Below are positions 54,701-64,000 of a stretch of DNA of 64,000 nt, piece by piece. The stretch is from Utricularia gibba (lineage: Eukaryota; Plantae; Magnoliophyta). Numbering within the stretch: position 1 is the stretch's first letter; every line of letters begins with the position of its first letter. The stretch spans positions 248,001 through 312,000 of the forward strand of contig NEEC01000010.1 in assembly GCA_002189035.1 (NCBI GenBank), written 5' to 3'. Below the pieces are notes generated by a model. It had not been told where the DNA came from and ran no database searches. It saw only the letters and a program-made list of their open reading frames with translations. The translations under genes and the position numbers were made by a program.

Positions 54701-57376
54701 GTCATAAATTACAAAAACTTAATATATAATATTCCTAAGTTATAAATACTAAATATCAAACTTTAAAATTGAACTAGGTAAATTGCAAAGAATAACTTAG
54801 TTTGTGGTAATTACAAATCTTTGCTATAACTAAGGTAAATGCCAAATCAAATAAAAAAGTTTATGCATTTGCCTTATTTCCGCAGCATTCATCCTTGGTT
54901 ATTAGACTCGATAGCTTTGTTCATTCCTTACTTTTTTACCATCTTCCTTAGGTGGGCAACCATGTCTTCTAGTTAATTGATTTTAACAACCATAGGTTTG
55001 AAGTCGTAATGAAGGAGAGGCAAGCTGGTGCCAAGTTTTTGGATGCACATTTAACCCTCTCTGAAGAGGTGAGTTTTTTGAAGGATGAACCTTCTCAATT
55101 GCAAATGCAAAAGAACGAGGATAGGGTCTAATTAGAGGGTGAAATCCATAACCTAGAAAGGCCATTGGACGAGTTCAACTCCCAATAGGTGGTCTCTAAG
55201 AAGCGGGAGCAAGAGCTTGAAGAGGAGCTGATATGAATAAAGATTGCCCATGCTAGCCTCAATGAAGTTGAGTGGACTTCCGCTGTCCAGAAGGTGGAGT
55301 TTGGATGATATATGCTGGGCTACTTCTTGATAGAATTGATTTGTCTCTTGGGGGTTAGGAATATGCAAATGGCATATCTCTTCAGCGAGGACATCTATGA
55401 TGAAAGATGGGAGTAGTTAATTCTACCTATAAATGAGAGCCTTCAACCCCTGGTGTCTTCACAATTGAACATGTCTTAGATTTTTCTTTCAATGGTGGAG
55501 ATAGCTTGAAAAATGGCCATGCCAATTCTACATGGGACTATGGCGGCCAATCCCATTGTCCAAGGGCCACTTTGCACAAGTACTCGTCTACGTAGATGTG
55601 ATGAATCACCACCTCCTGACTTGACAAACCACAAAGTAGTCATTAAGTTTGTAAAAGGGTGCCGGTTGTATTTAGAAGACTTTGTCATCTCATATTTTAT
55701 AATAAATACAATTGACTTGTATTACACATTTTTAATTTAGCGCATGCTTTCCTTTGAAGTATTTTTATTTACTTGAACATCCCATTGATTATTCAATGTC
55801 ATTACTAGATTTAAATAAACATAACTTAACACGATTTACCTTGTTGAGCTAATTTGTTTGCTCAAGCTTACTCCCAATTCCTTGTCGGACAAACTCTATA
55901 CCTCATGAACATTCATCAACCTCAAGGTTTTACATATTCCATGAGCTCACATCAGTAGTGTCATACATCAACATGTCAAAGGGGGTGCATAAAGTAATAT
56001 GACTTAGAATTCAACTATTTATTTATAATAACCTTCATAGTGATCATTGTAGCACAATGTCATGGAAGATATACACAAAGTTTAACATATGCCTTTCCAA
56101 GTACAAGACATTCAATGACCTGGATAGGATTTCTAAAATAGTTGGTAATGACAAGAGGTCGTAATTTAGCTGCAATAGGTATATGAGGTCAGTCAGCGTT
56201 TGGTAAGTAGGGGAGATGATAATCGTTGGGTTAGTGGTTTGAGCATATGCCATCTCCATCTTGCTACCTATGGAAACCCAAAAGTATTATCGCGTCTCTC
56301 TCCTTGTTACATCGATGTTGGATCTCTCGCCTTCTTTCGAATTCAGAATGGGTAAGAAGATAAATTTTGTTTCAATAATTAGGGTTATTTTAACTATCAA
56401 CCTCATGGGTAGATGCATATTCAAATAGTGGGTCTACGAAATGGTAATAATTATGTGAGACTAAAATTAATTAACTAATTAAATAGTTAAATTTTGGTTA
56501 GGTAATCTATAAAGAAATTAAATAGATAAATTTTAAAAGTGGGGATCGTGGGTTGGTTATAATTACGTGAACTCATATAAAGTAAAATAGAAGATTTTCG
56601 ACCTAATTAAAGTGATTAATTAAAAATATTTTCTATTCTATTTTTCATTTGCAATCAAACATGAAATAGAGATGTTCAAATTATTAAAAAAAAATCCGGT
56701 TTTTGAAAAATGAAATATCGTTCCAAATTCAATGTTTATTTCCAACATATTCAATTTCATATATGATTAGGATATAGATTTGATTTTCTAATGTCCGATC
56801 CATATCATAGTATTCATATATGAATCCATTGAAATATTTTTTTAATTAATGTTTTGAAATTATAATTATTTATGTCTCAATATAGTTATTCCTCTCAATT
56901 ATTTTTTTGAATAGAAATAAATAAAAAAAGTATAGCCATAGAATTTAAAAAAATTAAGTTGAACAAATGATATCCAATTACATAATATATAATATAATAT
57001 AATAAATTTAAAAAAAATAAGAAAGTATTTTTTTGATACACGAATGTTATAAAAAATAGTAAAAATTGAAACTCGGATATACATCCCATCCGTGTTTGAA
57101 ATTTTGAATTATTCGATATTCGATATTCGGATAATTTGTGAATATTTATAATAGTTTTAAATTTAAATATAGACATGCGATGATGAATAGTATTACCGAA
57201 AGACATAGAGACCAAGTAAATTGATTTTTATATGTCATAATAGATTTCCATGTCGAGGGTGGGAGAGAGATGAAGCGCCAAATAAGACACATTTTTATTC
57301 CTTTTTGGTACATGGAGCACATAAAGGCGACATCTGGAGACCGGGGGTTTCTCTTCCGCTTTGTTGCTTCCTTCCA

Positions 57377-58482
57377 TCAGTAGGAGGAGGAGGCGGCGCT
57401 CCTTTGGGAGTGGGACCCCAGAGCATTCGCGGCACCCGCCCTCAAGATGCACTGGTGAAACAGCATAGCGATGCCTGCTCCTGTGAATGGCCCAACCCAG
57501 AAAATCCACTGCCCAAAATTGTTGGTTTTCACTGATTAAAGAGGGTGAGGGTGTGCGCTCTGTGCTGTGTGCTGTGTGCTATGTTGGATACTTACATGAT
57601 CATGCCATGCTCTGCCATACACGACGGCAGCTCCTAAGCTTCTTGCCGGGTTGATCCCCGTGCCGGTTACCGGAATTGTCGCCAGGTGCACCATGAAAAC
57701 AGCGAATCCGATGGGAAGTGGAGCCAATACCTGCACCACACGAAACCAACAACAACCTCATTCATGATCCTTGCTTGTCTAAACCAGTCAGTTTTACGGT
57801 GATCTTTGATTCTTACTGGAACATGTGAGTCTCTAGCGTTTCTTTTGGGATCAGTGGCGGAGAATACTGTGTAGACAAGCACGAAAGTTCCGATTATCTC
57901 CGCCCCCAGGCCGGCGCCGGTGCTGTAAGCCGAGGATAGACCGTTAGCGCCGCCCCCGTAATCGTCGTAGTAGGTTCTCTGAAATGCTTTCACAAGGCCG
58001 CAGCCGCATATGGCGCCCGAACACTGAGCAATCATGTACAGAACAGCCCGAACCAGAGACACCTTTCGTGCCAGGAAAAGCCCAAATGTCACCGCAGGGT
58101 TTATGTGCCCCCCTGAAACAAACAAAAAATATCAAAAGAGGGGAAGAAAAAGCAAGGGAACAAATCAGATTTCGATGGGGCTGCATACCGGAAATTCCGG
58201 CGGTGCAGTAAACAAGAACGAAGATCATGCCACCGAAGGCCCAGGCAATACCCAGAATCCCAACGCCGCCGCAGGCGTCACCGGAGCTCTGTCTCTTGTA
58301 TCCAATCACAGTCAACACGGTGATGTACAAGAAGAGAAGCGTCGCAACGAACTCCGCAATAGCTGCTCTGTACAACGACCACTTCCCCAGCTCCTCCGGA
58401 TCGAGGAGCAGCGCCGGGGCGGATCCGAGTAGTCCCTGGCGGCGTAGGGAGTTCCCACCTCGACATCCCCCTCCTTTCTCAT
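57377..58482 (-). CDS. PIP2: PIP2-type aquaporin, about 285 aa after correcting a 1-nt deletion at 58416-58419; exons 58482-58189, 58112-57817, 57730-57596, 57508-57377
   Basis: Short N-terminus with a DVE motif, DYSDPP..., [11 protein letters not shown], two NPA boxes ([18 protein letters not shown]), ar/R filter F-H-T-R, loop-D DSHVP, and canonical PIP intron positions (exon 2 = 296 nt). Confidence 0.92.
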
Positions 58483-58587
58483 CCCGATGATCTCCAAACT
58501 GGACTCAGACACGAAATAGATGCTGCTGAATTGTTGATTTCCGGGTGCTTGGCTCACGTGAATCAAGGGCGGAGGAGTGGGGAATTT

Positions 58588-58594
58588 ATTTATA
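58588..58594 (-). promoter_or_regulatory. TATA box of PIP2
   Basis: TATAAAT on the minus strand, about 106 nt upstream of the ATG. Confidence 0.55.
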
Positions 58595-61399
58595 TTCTGG
58601 GGAATTGAGATTCAAGTCTCCGATCCCGCCCCTGTCGTAATTCACTCAGCCTCCTAACCAATCATGTTTCCCCGTCTGTTCACTTTTTAATTGCCTACCA
58701 AGCGGAGACACCTGTGAGTTTAAAAACTAAAAACTCAACCGTACAATCGGTTATTTTGAAAAATAATCATTTTTCATTTTAAAAATTGGATAAATAGTTA
58801 TACTTTAAAAATCTTTTGAAAAATGACTATCTCACTTATGGATTTTTAAAATAAATAATTTTTTCGTAAATTTAAAAATTAGATAAGTGCAATAATGATA
58901 CTTTTTATTTTATTTTATCACAACATATGTATTACCTTTCTGCAAAGATGTGTGCAAATATTGCTAGTTTACAAATTGAGGCCATTAAAGGCCTATCGGA
59001 ATAGATGAGAGCCATGTCACTGGGCGGTGCGGTCTCGCGTTAATTAAATCTAACGGCGCAACGTGTAGCGCACCTCAGCTACGCCACGCCATCAATAAAG
59101 AAAGACGGACTCCGTTCACCTGTGCTGTGGGTATCAATCTACTCCCGTGGCCCTCATCCCTACCAATTTAATTGGCACTCAACTGAAGTCGATCGTATTA
59201 AACGCGCATCTTCTCTGCGATACAGAAAAAAAAGAAAGAAAAAAGAATAGTCTTCCATTCACCCCGCAATAGTGAAGGATCAGCAAGCAATCCGAGTAGA
59301 ATGGATTAGAGAATAGAATTCTGGATATGAAATCAATTCAAAACAAACGAGCCCATAAATACACACGCGGCGGCACATGAGACAACAGAGATTAGGAGAT
59401 GGATCCTAAATATGGATGATCATGAGTCGGTTTCTACTAGACCCATAATCGATCCATGGAATTTTTCAAGGACCTACAATTGGAACCATAATCACCGGTG
59501 CTTGCATGGTTCAGTTTCAAAACGGTTCTGGTTCGCTTCTGAATAGAACCATAACATAAGATCTAGTCAGTAGCCACGTAAATGACCCTCATTCCTCAAA
59601 TCCCAAAACCTAATTACCAGTTTACTATTATGCTTGATTAATATAGTATTAAAAATAATATAATATTATATTATATTAAAAAACCTTTTGGTTCTCAATT
59701 AAGTTCTGATCATACCAAAACCGTCAATTCCTAAAATTTAGGACCCAAGAACCGACTTAGAATGGGAACATGTGGAACCAGAACCACAAAAATCAGTAGT
59801 TCAATTTCAATTCTGATTGGATTCTGATTCTTTGAATTAGCCAAACTCTAAACCTCATCCAGGCAACTTGCCGCTTATCATTGTGGATAGTGTATGCCTG
59901 CCTCTCCCTCTCAATAATGAACCCATGCATTCCATTGTAAGATACACCCTTACAAACATGTACATCAAATATGATCCGCATTCTCTGACTTTTTTGGGAA
60001 TCTTTGTATGTAAGATATTGAGTGTTAATTTATAAAATTTTTCATGCTTTTAGAGAAGAATAACATTGGTAATCCAAAAAAAAAAAAAACTAGGGATATT
60101 AACACACTAATAAAAAGAAGTCTACTAAGAATTTGAAGGCAAAATGAACAAAGTTCCCAAACAAGTTACAAAAACTCAAGAGAATTTGAATGCTCCTTAG
60201 GTGTTCAATGATTTGAGTCAATTTTAGTGTTAGAGTGTTAGGAATATGTCAATTAGAATAGGGAAAATACCAAAATGTGCCTTGGTTAAATTATTTTTGG
60301 TAAAAACACGATTTGGGTCATTTTTCCCTTAGCTCAGGTGTAGGGTTGTTTTATTGTTTATCCAAGCCCATGTACATCCAACCCATTTGGATTGATTCGT
60401 ATAATCTGACTAATTTGCGAAGTTGTTATGAGAATAGGGGTAGAACAAGAATTACAAGTTAATGTGGAGGAAGAATAAGGAAAGTTGTCAAAAAAGAAGG
60501 CAAGAATCTCGTAATGAACGCAACTAACTACAACTAGTACGCGAAATTGGGGTGAATAAAGAAAGAAAAAGATTTACTGTCTATATAATTCCTTTCTTTC
60601 TAGAATATTTGAAAGGTAGAACACATGACTCTTTGGAGGAGACTTTGTTTGGCCAGAGGATTCATCTGTTTAGGGAGATTTTCTCTCCCAAGAGTGCTTT
60701 TGTGATTGGAGTGGAAGAGAAGACGAAGGAGAGGCATTCCAGCATGACACTGTGATTAATCTCTGATATCAAAAGTGCAGCTGAGACCTGAACGAAAGAC
60801 AAGAAGGCCTAGGAACCTGCAGTTTGAGAAGAAGACATAGAGATCACAAAACTGAGGAATCGAATAAACATTTTACCTTTCTTGCGAATCTTATTTCTTG
60901 CATCATATTTCATGAACATGTACACTATTTCCATCTCGTGTTTTCAATATTCAACGTGTTTAAATGCTTTCATCATCTTATTTACATACTTTGTTATTTG
61001 CTTTTAGTTTAGAAACAAAGAAGTTTTTTATTTATTTAAGTTAGAGTAGAAACCCACTTCCAGAAAATCTCCCGTTTAATCAAGCTTATGCATAAAACTA
61101 ACAACTAAAAGTTGTTTGCTCTCTATGGATCCACCTGGATTTACTGCTGGTACATTAATTTCTTTTAATGGGGAAAACCTTCAGATTTGTGACATGTACC
61201 GAAATTTACATCCGTCAATCTTCATTAATTATGAGATGTTGGTTTATCTCCCCACCCTTTAAAAAGACAAAAATTTGGCAAATTTCATTTTACTGCTCCT
61301 TGGATTTTTTGAATATCCTCTTCCATAGTGTACTTTCCAATAACTTTGTTCTTTCGATCTTTGAAAAAAGTCATTAACTATTTTTACTTGCACCACAAA

Positions 61400-62100
61400 G
61401 AACTCCACAAATGGCTCCTCAATACCTAAATTGAAAATCTCCAGTTTTTTAAGACTTAGCTATTCAAGATTCCAATGATAATGGGGTTGCCGAAGTATGG
61501 AACCCAATGTCTCTCTGTGGCTTTTACCATTGTTGGAGTTTGAGATGCTTTCCCACATGCTCTCCCTCACTTTTGGTTTCTTCAAAGTAGAGTTGTGGTT
61601 TCTATCACACTCATTCATTATTTCTTTCATTTCAACTCTACGGATTCCTTTACAAAGTCTTCATCTCGATGTTTTTGTGACCTTAATTGCCCATCTAACT
61701 TTCGCTCATCGGCAAGATATTCCTACCTTAAACAATCTCATTGGTTTATACGATTTCTGTATAATGCACATCGAAGGATTGTAAGAAACTAGGGGGGAGT
61801 TCTTGGTCAATTTTGGCACTATTTCCACAATCTTGGGACTATTCTTTAGCCAAGCATGCCACACTTGGGGTAAATGGTGGCAGTTCATTTCCTTGAATTA
61901 TAGTGCAATCTCTTGATCCTACCTAGCTTAAATCAAAATTTCTTTATAGATAGAAATAATTTTCTCCTCTTATCACTCAACGAGGCTACTTCCATAGCTC
62001 ATTGCCTTAGAGGCATCATAATGTTGCAGTCTATACTTCAAGTCTTGCACTATGAAACTTTGATCAAAATTTATGATCAATCCCAATTCATATGTAAGAG
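61400..62100 (-). mobile_element. Highly degenerate gypsy (Athila-like) gag/protease-region relic
   Basis: Only fragmentary matches (PPF...LAK; RKL.G; DIGF for KDPG); many stops. Confidence 0.3.
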
Positions 62101-63295
62101 ACTATGCCAATGCCTAATAGGGCTTTTTTAAAAAGGATCGGAAGTGTCTAGGTGTAGGTCTCAACCTTTCCTTGCTAACTAAGTGGGGGGGTGAAACTCG
62201 CAATCCAAATATTCTCCCCATATTGGATAGTGTGTGATGGGCCTCATGAGTGTTATCAGGATTTTCTTCGTCGATAGCCTCATCAAGCTCATTGGCCTCA
62301 TGCATCTCAATATTGTGCATTAATGCCTTTGTGGAGCCCTTTCTTTGTCGATGGCCTCATCAAACTAGTTGAGAATTCGATTTCATATGTACATTAGATG
62401 GCATCATGTTAAAAAAACACTAATGTTCACCTGAAGATGTGAAAAGACAAGACGTTAAAAGGTCTTGATAGACCTTTTATAAGGGATGCCTAATCTAAAT
62501 GGTGCCTCGGTATCTGAAATGGTTCAATCTAAATCCTAAATGATACTAACCAGGAAGCTAGTGTGAATGCATTACCACATGGATGCTCAACATTGGAGAA
62601 AGTGAAACTCTTTATTGGGCTCTACCAAGTAAGGAGACCCTCTCTATCGAGTATAATCAAATATTTTTCCTTTTTGATGATCACTTTACGACAACAATTA
62701 GTACAAGGCTTTTGTGTAAGACTTCTCATAAGTGAGCCTCCTAATTAGAATCGGAGGGAAAGAGGGATACTAATAACGATGATAAAGGATTTATGTTCTA
62801 AGTCTCTTTCAAACTACCTTGAAGAGGAAAACTCCTAGCCATGGGTGATGTGTGGAAGTGAAGACCTTATTTGCACGTTGTTGGATACAACTCAAGAATT
62901 AACATAGTGCAATACACTTAACTACTCCAAATCAATACCAAAGGAGTAATTTAGTCCAAGAGCATGACATTTTCCTAACCTACATCTCAATGAATTTGGT
63001 TGCATCATCAATCATGAGGTTATACCGTAGCATCACATTTGCTTGACCTCCTTCCTCTTTAAAAGTGATCCTCTCTAGTGTCTATACCACATGATCCACC
63101 TCATTGCCTAAGATATAGTATGTGAGCTTCCTCCTAGGTAATGTGGGACATCTAGTTCCCACTTGGCAGCCATTGGAACCGAGCTAACTTCAGTTATCAT
63201 TAGGGAGCCATGACCTCCACAAAGTTCTTTTGATGATGACACTTGCATTGTCTTTTTAGCTACCTTGGAGATAGTAGAGTCAAGGGATTGGGGAC

Positions 63296-64000
63296 TGATA
63301 ACACATATTTTATTAGTGTTTTTAGGTTATAAAATTGAGATGTTTAATGATAAAATTAGGTATTTCAATTATTATTTTTAATATTTTGTTAATTATAGTA
63401 TTATTTGTATTTTTATGCATAATATAGACTAAATTGATGATTTAATCTATATTATGATTTCTAATTTTGTTCTAAGTGTTGTAGCAGCATTATGGATCAC
63501 ATTTAGCTAGTTTATAAACACAAGTCAATGAACACAAAACACAAGAAAGAGACATGATTGATATTTAACCGCCTGTAAACTATACGTTCAGGCCAAGAAC
63601 AATATGGGTGTTAGGAACAGTAATCGAATTGGAAAACGAGAGTGGAAGATATTTTTGAAGAGAGAGAGGAAGGAGGAGAACAAGACCAAACGCTAGGAGG
63701 GTGAGGAAGAACACGAAGGAAGAGAGAGGAAGGAGGAGAACAAGATCAAACACTAGGAGGGTGAGGAGGAACACGAAGGAAGGAGAAGAAGAAGATTTTT
63801 CAGAATAAAAATTTTCAATGTGAAGAAAAATCTCTTATAGTAGCATATAGGAATCAAAACTCTTTCTACTTTGTTTTTAGTTTGGTGGATATTTTAGTTT
63901 CTATGACTGATTTTGTGTTCCTGATGTTTTCATTAGTTTACATTTATGAAATCATGCTATGTTTATTGTGGCATGTCGTTTCCTCAACAAATTTTAAATA
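63296..64000 (+). mobile_element. LTR beginning TGATAACACAT (family-A-like start), running off the window
   Basis: Same first 11 nt as the family-A LTRs, preceded by a purine-rich tract; the rest is diverged. Confidence 0.5.
63661..63780 (+). repeat. 60-bp tandem duplication
   Basis: 63661-63720 and 63721-63780 match at 57 of 60 positions. Confidence 0.95.

Noticed and set aside
59460-59830. GAACC/GGTTC-rich block upstream of PIP2 (and an ATCCG-rich block at about 56790-57140)
   Set aside because: These resemble hAT-MITE subterminal repeats, but no TIR or TSD could be fixed.
60236-61103. Possible LTR (TGTTAGGA...CTAACA)
   Set aside because: No TSD and no partner copy; boundaries cannot be supported.

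Overview
AT-rich flowering-plant nuclear DNA. It holds five recognisable genes in a matrix of nested, mostly dead transposons. The genes are an ITN1-like ankyrin/PGG membrane protein (+, 4 exons), MCM8 (+, 17 short exons), a GPR107/LUSTR-like 7TM protein (-, single exon), an EDGP/XEGIP-type xyloglucanase inhibitor (+, single exon) and a PIP2 aquaporin (-, 4 exons). As given, MCM8 and PIP2 each carry one single-base deletion in a short G run and are otherwise intact; this is either an assembly error or a recent null allele. Two gene relics are not evident from the ORF track. One is an RPS23 (uS12) pseudogene whose halves lie about 15.2 kb apart across a stack of nested TEs, with the 3' half interleaved with copia RNase H sequence. 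The other is a MAKR4-like fragment. TE content includes a degenerate full-length chromovirus (two LTRs, PBS), several Athila-like solo LTRs with 5-bp TSDs, hAT and MULE relics, and two PIF/Harbinger MITEs with TTA/TAA TSDs; one of these MITEs sits in-frame inside a MULE transposase ORF. I found no rRNA, tRNA or CRISPR features, and no evidence for a wholly new multi-gene system. All family assignments are by motif recognition, not database search.
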